Shown here in pieces: positions 26,628-40,158 of a DNA stretch of 64,000 nucleotides. The DNA is from Chrysomallon squamiferum (lineage: Eukaryota; Animalia; Mollusca), in the NCBI GenBank assembly GCA_012295275.1, contig CM022667.1:20708001-20772000 (forward strand), in the 5' to 3' direction. The stretch's first letter is position 1; each line of letters starts with the position of its first letter. The notes beneath the pieces are model-generated. The model saw only the letters and a program-made list of their open reading frames with translations, was not told where the DNA came from and did not search any database. The position numbers were made by a program, and so were the translations under genes.

Positions 26628-27497
26628 CTGTAAATTATTATTTGTACGAAGGTTTTCACACAAACCAGTTGTCAAGTTACACAGACCTGCACAGTCAAAA
26701 AAGGAACAATCCTGATGTGTTGTACAGTTCTGTCCTGCTATTATAGACTTAAGCATGCTATCATAAAACACAGTGTCCACATCAATCAGTTTTACTCCAT
26801 CCTGACTAATGCCAAAATTCTCTCCCTTAACATCACACAAGTGAAGCTGTTCTGGCAGGTCTCTGTCAATCCTGTACACCAAGTCTAATATTCTCATAGC
26901 AATAACAGCCCTCTCATAAAAAGAATGTTTTTTGCCTCCAAGCAGTGAAAAATCATGCTCTAAAACATCACCAGGTGGAGAATACTCGACTAAATACAGT
27001 GGACCACAGGTTCCATAAATTCTAGGAAAATATGGAAGTGCTTGATTCATTTTCAACATACGATATTCACTCTGTTCAACAAGCAAGACCAGAGACCGAG
27101 CAAATGCTAAGAGACTGGAAGAGTTTGATAAATATTTTTTGTAATTTCCATTCCAAAATTTTCTAACAACATCAGTATCATTTTCTTTAATTATTTTGTC
27201 ACTCAGCTCTGAACGGAGAATATTCTTTATCATCATGGTTACTGCTTTTTTGCCTGAACCAGAATACTGCCTTAGATAAGTTTGAAAAAGACTTTTGTCA
27301 AAATTATATAATTCCCTGTTTTTTGTTTTCAAAACTGCTTTGACAGTAGTCCCAGGAATACAGAAATTGTGACAGTCCACGACAAAGACATGTTTTCCAT
27401 GTCTGTAGTTTGTACACTTTAGATATTTAATCAGTTTGTCATTACACAGAGCAGAACACAACTCTCCAACAAGAAATCCTAGTTGATATTGATGACA
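26628..27497 (-). CDS. FAM69/DIPK1-family kinase, coding exon 2
   Basis: 870 nt; acceptor cacag|TGT, donor CAG|GTAAGA. Contains GELCSALC, FPRIYGTCG, LHLCDVKGENFG, KLIDVD, DCSFFDC and NNNLQ, typical of FAM69. Confidence 0.95.
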
Positions 27498-27704
27498 CTG
27501 TGAACAAAATAACATTACAGGTTATATCTACTCTATGGAGAATCACAGAAGAAGAAACAGTAACAAAAACAAAGAAGAAGAAAAAAAGGAGAAGAGGAAA
27601 CAGAAAATTGTTATCTTAAATGCAAATAATTTAGAAAATGTGCTGCGCATTCACACTAATTTTTTTATACACTCCTTCCTGCTCTGTACTCAAACAAAAC
27701 TTAC

Positions 27705-27872
27705 ACAGCCTTGAAGTAAACTGATGGATTCTTTTTTAGAACAGTTCATGTCATCCAACACCTGTCTGATCCAGTGAACAGTGTAGATGCATCCTGCAGT
27801 GAGACAAATAAATGTCAAGAGACACAGAACATTCTTTCGACGACATGGATTTCGAAACCATCGGACATGCAT
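27705..27872 (-). CDS. FAM69/DIPK1-family divergent protein kinase, coding exon 1 (signal anchor)
   Basis: ATG at 27872. Basic N-terminus then hydrophobic NVLCLLTFICLTAGCIYTV. Donor TGT|GTAAGT, phase 0. An acceptor ttttgtag| near 27970 suggests a further 5' UTR exon. Confidence 0.85.
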
Positions 27873-30530
27873 CAATTAGTTTGTTTAAAATTTCTGGAGT
27901 GACATGAATAAACACTGTTGTGAATCCAATTTTCTTCTTTCAGCAGGTTTTTCTTCTCTGTCTTTCCTGCTACAAAATTACGAATGAATTATTTTAATTT
28001 GATAAAAATGAATACTGATATAGTATAGTGAAGAAATAATAAAATAATAACTGCTTAATAATAAAAATATCACGATAACAAGATTTGACAAATCACACAG
28101 AATGAAAATTTTTTTTTATAATAATAATAATAATAATAATAAAATTGTAATAGTAGTAGTAATATATACATAATATGCATTAGTAAATAACAAATATATT
28201 TCCATGAGATAATAGTTAATTGCATAGAATTTTTTTTTTCAAACTGTATAGATATTAAGCCAAACATTTTGACACTTTATTTATTTTTATTTATTTATTT
28301 ATTATTTTTTTTTTTTAAAGAAAGAAATAATAAGAAGATAATAAAAACCTGAAATAATAAATTATAAGAAATTATTACAATGTATTTATAAGGAAATAAT
28401 AACAAGGGGCAGAACTCTTGTCAAAAACAGTAACAAAGTGATTCGTGTAACTTATTGAAACTCGATTTAGGTTTTGGTCAAATAAAAGAAAAACAATGTC
28501 AAACAATTTCTAAACATTTCTCTACAATTCAAACCTCTAATGCAGACATGAAACTAAATTAAAACGCGCTCTGTGAAAACGGTAACATGTTCACATACAT
28601 TACCAAGGATTATCCCCCTTAGATTTTGTTTTATGTGTTTTCTGTTTAATAATGTGCAGCACCAATTTAATCATTACAAAATTATCATTAAAATATAACT
28701 AACTAACCAACCAACTAATGAATGAATAAATGAATAAATAGATGTAATATCAGTCTTAATCAAATGCTACAGTATAATAATTTCAAATAGTGAATTGCAT
28801 TTTGGAACGTCGCTTAGATGAGCTATGTATAAACATTTGTTTCGTTACAAAATGTTTAAAGTATTTATATATTTAGGTGATAAAACGTTTGATCTTACTA
28901 GATATATTTATTGTGCATACATCGATACATTAGTGTACGTGTTCAAACAAAACAAGGTTGGTATGAGAGCTGCACTGACGAAACGAGCAAGATATATTAG
29001 TGTATGTTTTAAAACAAATGCTTCTGTGTATTTTTTTGCAATAAACTGCCCTGAAAATATTAGAATTAGATGAACAAGTTTCGAACGACGTGGACTGTCA
29101 ACTCTTGTTGTCTGTGAGTTGGTGTGCCTAAACAGACAAACGCATGGTTCCAGATTTCTCTTGAATTTTATCACAAATTTTCTAGTCGATAGAAATGGAA
29201 ATGGAAAAATAAGGTTAGATTTCTACAGCCTGAAAGGCTGGCTGTACGGCAAGCTACACGGAGTGGCCTCTCTTGGCAGGCTACATCTGGAACTGCAGCT
29301 GGAAGTGTTTCGTCACGAAGTCGGGTTTTCCTATTTATATTATTTACAGCAGCCTTCCTCTTTGGATCTGTAACCTGTGAACAATAGACGAAGAACGGCA
29401 GATTGTGTGTTCTACAGCAAATGTTTGATCTACCAGTCTCATTTATCAGTACAGACTAAACGCACCCAGCAAGCAGGTGGGAAAAGTAAAATACAGACAA
29501 AACAGTGCTTGTACGCTGTACTCTTTCTCTTACATAATATTCAGATTATTTATTTATTTTATTTTAATTTTAATATACATTACTTACTGAACTTATTAAG
29601 AGTTTTAGCGAATTTATTTAATACCTTTTGATTCTTACGAATATTGTAAATATTATACCAATAATAATATAAATATGGAATGAAATTAAAATAAAATAGC
29701 AAAACATAATTTTCAAAAAGTTGTTTATTTCCGCCCGTCAACGTAACTTTCGCCGTTGCTATGTAAACACGCGTCAATATCTTATTGTTAAAAATGACGT
29801 TACGATTAGAGTCCGATCATCTCCAAGCCCTTTTCGTTTTCCTGGCATTTTTCTATTTAACTATGTTGTAAGTTTACATGCATAATTTTATTTTTATCTT
29901 ACTTTTAATATTTTACTTGATGCTTTTTTGTCGCGTGGGAATAAGCATTCTTAACATTTTAAAACATACTCTTATTTAATAACTTATATTATATATATAT
30001 TATACAATTTGGAACAATATTTGCGCCTTCAAATACAAAAACATGTGACAAAACAAATATTGTATATTTATAATTACAATAATAAACGTTTATTTCAGGG
30101 CACTATTCTTGTTACAACTTGTAGCAATCGGAATTAAGAACCTGATTCTGTATTGCGTCATTGCAGGTAAATTAATATTAATTATCTTTCATAAGAAATA
30201 GCGAATACGTCCGAAAACTGCACGCACACATGCTCACACACACACATAGAGATATAAATATACCTATTGCCACACACATATACCCTCTCTCACACCAATA
30301 ACACACTTATTTCTAACACTTTTTTAATTTTTTTATTTCATTGCTCTTTTCAAAGTTTATTTAATTTTATTATTATTTTTCTTTTTTAAATTTATTTTTA
30401 ATTTTGTTTCTTTTGTTTTTTTTTTTTAATTATTTTTATTTTTTTTATTTAGGCTATCAAAATGTTGCGGTCGCTGTCATCATACTGGACATTCTGTTCC
30501 TTATAGGCAACTTTAAATATCAATTATATT

Positions 30531-31500
30531 CTTAGGTTAGGGTTAGGGCTAGCGTTACGGTTAGGGTTAGGGTTAGGGTTTGGGTTTGTGTTTGTGTTGG
30601 GTTTAGGTTTAGGCTTAGGGTTAGGGGTTTGGGTTAGGGTTAGGGTTATGATCAGGGTTATTAGTACTAGTATTAGCATTAGAATTAAGTTTTACGACTT
30701 CGTTAGGGTTAGGTTTATAGTTAGGGCTAGAAAGCCGGTTAGTTTTAGGGTTAGGGTTAGGGTTAGAGTTAGGTTTAGGTTTAGGCTTAGGGTCATTTAA
30801 GGTTTATTATGAGTTTGATGATAATGTTTAAAACAGTTTTAGGATGAGGGTTAGACATCGTATTAGCGTAAGAATTAAGTTTAGTCCCTTCATTGGGTTA
30901 CGTTTAGGGTTAGAGTTAGGTTTAGGGATTATGGCTAGGGTTAGGGTTAGGTTAGTGTTAGGGTTAAGGTTAGGTTATGGAAATTATATTATCAGTGTTA
31001 TGATATTGTGGAAAATAATTTAAGGGTCATGGCTGGAAGTAGCGATAGGGTAAGAATTAATGTTTGAGACTTAGATAGGATTATGTTTAGAAGCCGAGCT
31101 AGGGTTATGGTTATGGTTATGGTTATGATTATGATTATGGTTAGGATTAGTGTTAGGATTAGATTTAGGGTTATTTAAGTTTAATTATGAGTGTAATGAG
31201 AAAGCTCAAAATAATTTGAGGGTCACCTTTGGAAGTAGGGATAGGATGAGAATTAACGTTGAGGATCTGGATCGGATTAGGTTTAGAAGCTGAGCTTGGG
31301 TTAGGGTTAGAGTTAGGGTTAGGATTACAGTTAGGGTTAGGTTAGGGTTTGAGTTCGGGTTAGAGCTACGGTTATTAAATTTTATTATGAGTGTTATGAT
31401 AATCTGCGAAACGGTTTTATTATAAGACTTACTACTAGTGTTAGAATAAGAATTAAGTTTAAAGACTTCGTTAGGATTGGGTGTAAAAGTAGGGATAGTG
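30531..31500 (+). repeat. Degenerate (TTAGGG)n-rich composite satellite, left arm
   Basis: TTAGGG and variant hexamers interleaved with AT-rich spacers. Confidence 0.93.
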
Positions 31501-34370
31501 TCTCATAACTCGAAGTCCCCAACATTAATTCTTACCCTAACTCTGCTTCGAATCCTGAACCTCAAATTATTTTGCCCACTATAATAGCAATCATAATAAA
31601 ATACATATAACCCTAACTCTAACCCTAACTGTAACCCTAACCCTAATGCTAACACTAACACTAGCCCTAGTTCTAGCTCCACTTCTAAACCTAATCGTAC
31701 CCAAGTTCCAACGTTAATTCTTACCCTAACGCTACTTCCAATCTTGACGCTCAAAGTATTTTCGCACATAATCAAAATCCTCATAATAAAATTTAAATAA
31801 TCCTAATCTTAACCCTAACCCCAAAGCTACCCGTAACCCTGACCCTCACCCTAACCCAGACTATATCCGTAACTCTACACCTAACCCTAACGAAGTCGTT
31901 TAACTTAATTTTAGTTCTAACACTTAAAACAGAAGTGTTTTGCAGATTACAATAACACTCACAATAAACATAAAATAATATTCACCATAACCATTAGCTT
32001 AACCCTAAACCATACCCTAACCCAAACCCTAACCTTACTCTAACCTTAGCTCAACCTAATCCTACCCAAGTCCCCAAAGTTAATTCTTACTCAAAGCTAC
32101 TTCCAGTGGTGACCCTCAAATTATTTAGCTCATTCTCACAACACTCATAATAAAATTTAAATAACCCTAACCCTAACCCTAACATTAACCATAATAATCA
32201 TAATAAAATTTAAATAACATTAACCCTAACCCTAACCCTACCTTTATATCAAGTTCTAAATTCTAAGGTTAATTCTTACCATAATCGTGACCTAAAATTA
32301 TTTTCCACATTATCAAAACGAACAAAATTTATTAAATAACGCAAACACTAACCTTCACCCTAACCCTAACCCTAACAATCATAATCAAATTAAAATAACC
32401 CTAACCGTAACCCTAAACCTAACCATAACCGTAACTCTACCCCTAACCCTAACACTAACCCTAACCCAACCGAAATCCTAACCCTAACAATAATGCTGCT
32501 TCGATTCGTGACCCTGAAATTATTTTGACCGTTATCATAATACTCATAATGAAACTAAAAAAAGTAAACCTAACCCTAACCCTAACCCTATCTCTAGCCT
32601 TAACCCTAAGCCTAACCCTCATTCAAAGCCTAACCCTAGCCCTAGCACTAACCCTAACTCTAATGCTTCTCCAATTCGAGACCCTGAAATTATTTTACCC
32701 GTTATCATAATACTGATAATCACATTAAAAGAACCGTTACCATAGACATAATACTAACCCAAACCCTAACCCTAATCCTAAACCTGGCCCTAACCCTAAC
32801 ACTAACCCTAACCCTATCCTAACCCAAACACTAATTCTGACCCTAACTCTAATGCTTCTCCGATTCGTGACCCAGATATTATTTTGCCTGTTATCATAAT
32901 ACTCATAATGAAATTAAAAGAACCATAACCGTAACCCTACCCCTAACCCTAACCCTAACCCTAACCCTAACCCTAACCCTAACCCTAACTCTAACCCTAG
33001 CCCTAACCCTAACCCTAACACTAACCTAACCCTAACACTAACCCTAACTCTAATGCTTCTCCGATTCGTGACCCTGAAATTATTTTACCAGTTATCATAA
33101 CACTGATAATCACATTAAAAGAACCGTTGCCTTAGCCATAATACTAACCCTAACCCTAACCCTAACCCTAACCCTAACCCTAACCCTAACCCTAACCCTA
33201 ACCCTAACCCTAACCCTAACCCTAGCCCTAGCCCTAGCCCTAACCCTAACCCTAACCCTAACCCTAACCCTAACCCTAACCTAATCCTGACACTAACCGT
33301 AACTCTAATGCTTCTCCGATTCTTGACCCTGAAATTATTTTATCCGCTATCATAATACTGATAATCACATTAAAAGAACCGTTTCCCTAGCCATAATACT
33401 AACCCTAACCCTAACCCTAACCCTAACCCTAACCCTAACCCTAACCCTAACCTTAACCCTAACCTAACCCTAACCCTAATTCTTACCCTAACTCTAATGC
33501 TTCTTCGATTCGTGACCCTGGAATTATTTTGCCCATTATCATAATACTGATAATGAAATTAAAACAAACGTAACCCTACCCCTAACCCTAGCCCTAACCC
33601 TAACCCTATACCTAACCTAACACTAACCCTATACCTAACCTAACAATAACCCTAATCATTAGACTAACACTAATTCTGCTTCCATTCGTGACCCTGAAAT
33701 TATTTTGCCTGTTACCATAATACTCATTATGAAATTAAAAGAACCGTGACCCTAACCGTAACCCTAACAGTAACCGTAACCCTAACCCTAACAATAATAC
33801 TAACCCTAACCCTGAAATTATTTTGCAAGTTATCATAATAAAATTAAAACGACTGTAAACCTTACCCTAACCCTAACCCTAACCCTAACCCTAACCCTAA
33901 CCCTAACCCTAACCCTAACCCTAACCCTAACTCTAGCCCCAACCCTACCCTAACCCTAACCCTAAGCCTAATTCTATCTTAACTTCTAAACCTAATCCTG
34001 TTCCAGTCTCCAAGGTTAATTCTGATCCTAACACTTTATCCAATCGTGACCCTCAAATTATTTTCACATTATTATAACCCTCATAATAAATTTAAATAAC
34101 CTAACCCTAACCCTAATCCTAACCCTAACCCAGACTCAATCCCTGACTTTAAATCTGAATCTAACGAAGTCGTCAAACTTAACTGTAATCCTAACACTAG
34201 TACTAACCCTGATAATAAAACTGTTTTCCACATTACCATAAGTCTCATAATATACTTTAAAAAACACTCACCTAACTCTGACCCTAACCCTAACCCTGAC
34301 CCTAGCTCAACTACTGAACCTAATTATACCCAAACCCCAACATTAATTTTTTCCCTAACGCTGCTTCCTC
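31501..34370 (-). repeat. (CCCTAA)n-rich composite satellite, right arm (inverted relative to the left arm)
   Basis: CCCTAA runs, perfect in places between 32940 and 33930, separated by a recurrent unit of about 80 bp, aatgcttctccgattcgtgaccctgaaattattttacccgttatcataatactgataatcacattaaaagaacc. Confidence 0.95.
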
Positions 34371-35029
34371 AAATTATACATACCAATTCAAAAATTAATA
34401 AACTAAATATTAATGAAAGAAAATGTGTTCTTTTCAATATATGTCATAAAACAATTAATTTCATTATTTTTTTATATTGCCGTGCTGAGAGACGCGCAAT
34501 AGCACAATCCGCATATTTGGTTTTGCAAACGGCCACCTAAACAATGTGAATATAAAAATCATGGAGAGTACGAAATTTCGAATATTGATGATAATTTTTC
34601 GGTTGTTATTAACAAGAAAAGAAGGCGCATTTGATCAGAAAATGCTTTGTTGTTGTTTTGATTTTTTTTTTTTCTGTTTTGATTTTATTTTATTTCATTT
34701 TATTTTATTTTTGTTGTTGTTGTTGTTGTTTTGGTAGTTTATTTTGCTTATTTCATCTTCAAAGATAAATTTTATCTTGACATGTTTATAATTCTGTAAA
34801 TAACGACTAAATATTATTAATACATATTCCATTATGCATTGATTTTTTTTCCCTTCAAAATCATTAGAGTTGTAATTCTTGATTTTGTGAACACAAAGCT
34901 TTATTATTCATATTTTTCTGGTATCTATTTGATCCTTATTTGATTTATATAAAGCAAAATAATTCTATAATTCATATTGCAATACAGCAATTTATATCAC
35001 TTTATAATCAACCCAAAGAGAGGAATTAA

Positions 35030-35078
<49 letters not shown>

Positions 35079-35127
35079 TATATTTATATACGAATAATTG
35101 AACAAAGGCGCCGATTAGCAGCTTACC

Positions 35128-35239
35128 GTATTCTGCGACGGACACGCCCGCTGACCTGTCAGAAAGCGTGCCCGTCGCAGACGTGTTTCACAACAGCTTG
35201 CTCTGATTAACACGTTAATTATTTTCCATTCCATTCCAT
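35128..35239 (+). repeat. Dispersed repeat containing a GC-rich hairpin; inverted, internally deleted copy at 41583-41663
   Basis: Shared tgcgacggac(a/g)cgcccgctgacctgtcagaaagc..ttgctctgatta..ttccat. Confidence 0.75.
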
Positions 35240-36326
35240 GCTTAACGTAAACTGACAAAGAAGAAATTTATTACTACATTCGTTAATACATTTCAGTAGA
35301 TTTTTTACCTGACATGTGTAGTTAAATAATTACTGTAAATAATATTTGTAACCATTTGTATGAATAGAAGCACATATGTACCTTTTTTTTTTTTTAAATC
35401 CTTGTTATATTAAATTTTCGATATTAATTCCATAACATCTCTCCAGCTTGGCCAATTAGAAGGATTACTAGAATAACAAATGTATATTGTTTATTGTTCA
35501 TTAGCTTTAAGCCTTTCGGCTCATTGGTTACAATTCGTAAAAAAAAAAAAAGAAACATAAACAGGCGGCAAGTGGAACAAGAAATGGAGGATGGTCAGTT
35601 ATATATTTTGAGTGCGAATGTTTTAAGGGAGTTTAACAATATTTTCCAGTATTATACAAATCTTATCTATTTTCAACTGATAACAAGGAGAGCATACAAG
35701 CTAATTAAATTTCTGTTATACTTCATGTTATTAAAAGGTCATTAACATTTTTAACATAGTGGTTGAATATTTAAGGGGGTTGAGGCCCCAGGCCCCAGGC
35801 AGACTTACAGTAACATCCAGTTTACATTACTGACTGATTTTTGACATAATCCGGATTAAAGTCTTAAAATAACTTAAAACGACCTTAAACACCTTGCAAC
35901 ACGCTGAATAATATTTTATTCTTAATTTGCAAAGAACAATAAATAAATGTAATAAATGTACGTTATTTGCTGATGTCTGTTCTATATGGAGTTCGATGTA
36001 AAAATTTTATTTGTGTATGTATAAAAAAATCTTAACTAATAGGATAGTATGAGAAAACTATGTTAAATGAAGCTTTGAAGTATTTTATCTGTTTTTTTTT
36101 TTTAACACACACACATTCAAACACAAGCATAAACATAGTCTTTTTCCGAGATTTTATCATTTTTCAGAACACAATATCTGCGTTTATAAATGTTTTTATT
36201 TTATTTATTTCACTAATCTTTGTTGTTCTTGTTTATTTATTTATTTATTTATTTATTTCATTTGAGTTTATTTCGGTTTAATTCATTATTTCAAACTTAT
36301 TTTAATTTTTCCATTACAATATTACG

Positions 36327-36402
<76 letters not shown>

Positions 36403-36798
36403 CATCATTCCACTGATTATATTTATCTTTGTGCTAATCTACTCATCTTTCCTTTCTTAAATTTTTATGTACCTAATTTATGTGTGTACAAAAAGATAAC
36501 CTGTTTACCCTAAAAACAGATAATTCAACCATCTGACCATGTTGTGACCTATGCAAGCACGAGCGCTGGACTTGAAAAAGCTGTGAAATTGACTTTGTTT
36601 CTGTTCAAACTATAGAGCTGTTGTTATGAACAATCTGACAGTTTCAAACTGGAAAAGTGTAATTTGTCTTAGAACTGGCGATGAACGTTAATAACTAATT
36701 TTATAAAAATGTAATGTGATGCAGTAATTTTTTTATTATACGTAAATGAAAATTTCTATTCTTCAGTCTGTTAGTCAAGGCACGCGTTGCGAAATAGA

Positions 36799-37001
36799 GA
36801 AAGTGTTTTAATTTTGAACAAACTCTAATTCATTGTTCTTCAGTTAGCAGTAGCGTTAACACGAAAGTGTTTTAATTTTTAACAAACTCTAACTCATTGT
36901 TCTTCAGTTAGCAGTAGCGTTAATATGAAAGTGTTTTAATTTTTAACAAACTTTAATTCATTGTTCTTCAGTTAGCAGTAGCGTTAATACGAAAGTGTTT
37001 T
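36799..37001. repeat. 64 bp minisatellite, about 3.2 copies
   Basis: gaaagtgtttt recurs at 36799, 36863, 36927 and 36991. Confidence 0.95.
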
Positions 37002-37468
37002 GTATTTTATATTTACATATTTTATACATACTGAGCGGTAGTTTGTGTATTTCAAAATTATGTTACATTTAGTTTCGCATGTTTAATAAGAATTTTTCTT
37101 ATCATAATTATGTTTAAATAACAAAACCCCCTAAACAACATTCCTTTTGTTTTAAATATCTATCATGTCTAGAAGATGGTTCGTTAATAAAACGATAGTC
37201 TGAACCTTTTCACAACATATTTATTGATTTTCTCATAAAATTCTACCAACGCGTTAACAAAGTAAAAGTACTTTTCAGAGATATGAAAAGAAGTAGAATG
37301 AAGATTTCCAACACATAAGATGGTATATTATGAAATAAGCTTTGGCGGAGATAATCTACTTCAGAATTAGGCCTTAAATCTCGAGATTTGTTGAAAATGA
37401 TAATTGTACGCAAACGGCAACAAAAATTTAAATATTAAAACAATAATCTGTATCATGTAACATCTGTA

Positions 37469-37548
37469 TTAAAAGTCTGTGCTCGCATCCAGGTCGTTCA
37501 GTTTCTCTTCTTCTTCCTTTTGGTCCTCTTTCATGCATGCAATAAATT
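37469..37548 (-). CDS. Calmodulin-like protein last exon
   Basis: attcag|; EFIACMKEDQKEEEEKLNDLDASTDF then TAA at 37469-37471. Confidence 0.9.
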
Positions 37549-37908
37549 CTGAATGAAAGAAATGAAACATAACTTTAAAAACAAGTTTATGTATGTTTTA
37601 AATATTATATTTTGTTTAAGTATAACATAAAATTAATTCATTAATAACTGAACTACCGTCAGCAGCATAAGTTATGATTTTTTATTAAATTTATTATGAT
37701 TGTCATTATCACATCATCATAATTATTATTACTTTTAAAAGCAAAAAGTTTAATATATACATGCACGCACACATACACACACTCTCAGACATATATAGAT
37801 ATATACATACGTATATTCATAAATACATAATTTACACAAACGCGCGCATGCGCATACACACACACACACAGAGGTATATATATAAGCATATATATATATA
37901 TATCCTAC

Positions 37909-37965
37909 CATCAAAATCAATTCTTCCATCGCCATCTATGTCCACTTCGTTGATCATTTCATCAA
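37909..37965 (-). CDS. Calmodulin-like protein exon (EF-hand 4)
   Basis: 57 nt; IDEMINEVDIDGDGRIDFD; ttttag| and G|GTAGGA. Confidence 0.93.
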
Positions 37966-38411
37966 CTAAAATATATAACTAAATATGATGATTTCATTCA
38001 TCCTAAAGTTTTGTCTTCTTATTAGTAACATGAATCAAGTGAAAGAAATTATACTTGTATTACTTTTTATATATATAAAAGTAACATATTTCCCAATATA
38101 AAAACCACTGAGAATGAGAGAAAAAAAATTATTTTTAAAATGCTAAAAGTGTTGCAGTTCTTATTTTTAACAAAATAATCAAATAGTTCTTATTATCAAT
38201 TGTTCAAAATAAGATGTTGCTATTTTATTGTTAATATTATTATTATTAGTAGTAGTAGTAGTAGTAGTAGTTGTTGTTGTAGTTACAATAGTAGTTACAG
38301 CTGTAGTAGTAGTTACTGTTTCAATAGTAGTAGTAGTATATAATGATAGTGTACAAAATAGTTAAGTTTATAAATATGAAAATAAACTATTCTAGTAAGG
38401 ATTTTACTTAC

Positions 38412-38502
38412 TTTCATCCTCAGTAAGATCCTCACCCATGCACTGCAGTACCGCCCTTAGATCAGAGGACGTGATGTACCCACATCCTGTTTTGTCGAAC
38501 AC
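38412..38502 (-). CDS. Calmodulin-like protein exon (EF-hand 3)
   Basis: 91 nt; VFDKTGCGYITSSDLRAVLQCMGEDLTEDE; attag| and A|GTAAGT. Confidence 0.95.
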
Positions 38503-38529
38503 CTAATTGCAAATAATTGTATAACCCTA

Positions 38530-40158
38530 TAACTTACTCTCAAAGTTTTACTAATTTATTTATTCAGTATAAAGGTAAGCTCTGATTAACTACGTATCTC
38601 ACTCTCAAACCTTGACTAATGTACAATATAAACATGAGGTCTGTTTGACTACATATCTCACTCTCAAAGCTTGACTAATGTACAATATAAACGTTAGGTC
38701 TGATTAACTACATATCTCACTCTCAAACCTTGACTAATGTACAATATAAACGTGAGGTCTGATTAACTACATTTCTCAGTCTCAAACCTTGACTAATGTA
38801 CAATATAACCGTGAGGTCAGATTAACTACATATCTCACTCTCAAAGCTTGACTAATGTACAATATAAACGTGAGGTAAGATTAACTACATATCTCACTCT
38901 CAAACCTTGACTAATGTACAATATAAACGTCAGGTCAGATTAACAACATATCTCACTCTCAAAGCTAAACTAATGTACAATATAACCGTGAGGTCTGATT
39001 AACAACATATCTCACTCTCAAAGCTTGACTAATGTACAATATAAACATGAGGTCAGATTAACAACATATCTCACTCTCAAAGCTAAACTAATGTACAATA
39101 TAACCGTGAGGTGAGATTAACTACGTATCTCACTCTCAAAGCTTGACTAATGTACAATATAAACGTCAGGTCAGATTAACAACATCTCACTCTCAAAGCT
39201 AAACTAATGTACAATATAACCATGAGGTGAGATTAACTACATATCTCACTCTCAAAGCTTGACTAATGTACAATATAAACGCGAGGCCTGATTAACAACA
39301 TATCTCACTCTCAAAGCTTGACTAATGTACAATATAATCGTGAAGTCTGATTAACTACATATCTCACTCTCAAAGCTTGACTAATGTACAATATAACCGT
39401 GAGGTCTGATTAACTACATATCTCACTCTCAAAGCTTGACTAATGTACAATATAACCGTGAGGTCAGATTAACTACATATCTCACTCTCAAACCTTGACT
39501 AATGTACAATATAAACGTGAAGTCTGATTAACTACATATACTCTCAAAACTTGACTAATGTGCAATATAAATGTGAGGCCTGATTAACTATATATATCAT
39601 ACTCTCAAAGCTTGACTAATGTACAATATAAACGTGAGGTCAGATTAACAACATATCTCACTCTCAAAGCTTTAATATACAGTATAAACATGAGGTCAGA
39701 TTAACAACATATCTCACTCTCAAAGCTTTAATATACAGTATAAACATGAGGTCAGATTAACAACATATCTCACTCTCAAAGCTTTAATATACAGTATAAA
39801 CATGAGGTCAGATTAACAACATATCTCACTCTCAAAGCTTGACTAATGTAAATATAACTCATTCTAGAATGTTGACTAACGTATAACAAAATCACATTTA
39901 AATATTTGACTAACGTACTAAACGTGAGGGCTACATAACAATATAACTCATTCAAAAAGGCTTAAGTAATGAACTATAAAAATATAACTTACTCTAAAGG
40001 TGAGCATTATAATATTTAATATAAAAACATAACTCACTCTAAACTTGAATATTATAATATTTAATATAAAAATAAAATTCAGTCTATACGTGAGCATTAT
40101 ACTATTTAATATAAAAATGCAACTCACTGTAAACGCGAGTATTAAATATATAACTCAC
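38530..40158. repeat. 59 bp minisatellite (about 22 copies) grading into about 45 bp units, derived from the donor junction at 40159/40158
   Basis: Unit catatctcactctcaaagcttgactaatgtacaatataaacgtgaggtctgattaacta versus the junction tataactcactctaaacgcttgac (plus strand). Confidence 0.95.

Noticed and set aside
28825-29631. Cluster of 80-90 aa ORFs upstream of FAM69
   Set aside because: No recognisable motifs or exon chain; probably 5' UTR intron or repeat-derived sequence.
32490-33760. CRISPR-like look of conserved units with variable spacers
   Set aside because: Eukaryotic context, units of about 80 bp, spacers that are telomeric hexamers rather than unique sequence, and no cas genes.
38530-39860. 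59 bp array as a CRISPR array or coding repeat
   Set aside because: Units are contiguous with no unique spacers, there is no long ORF, and it lies within an intron.
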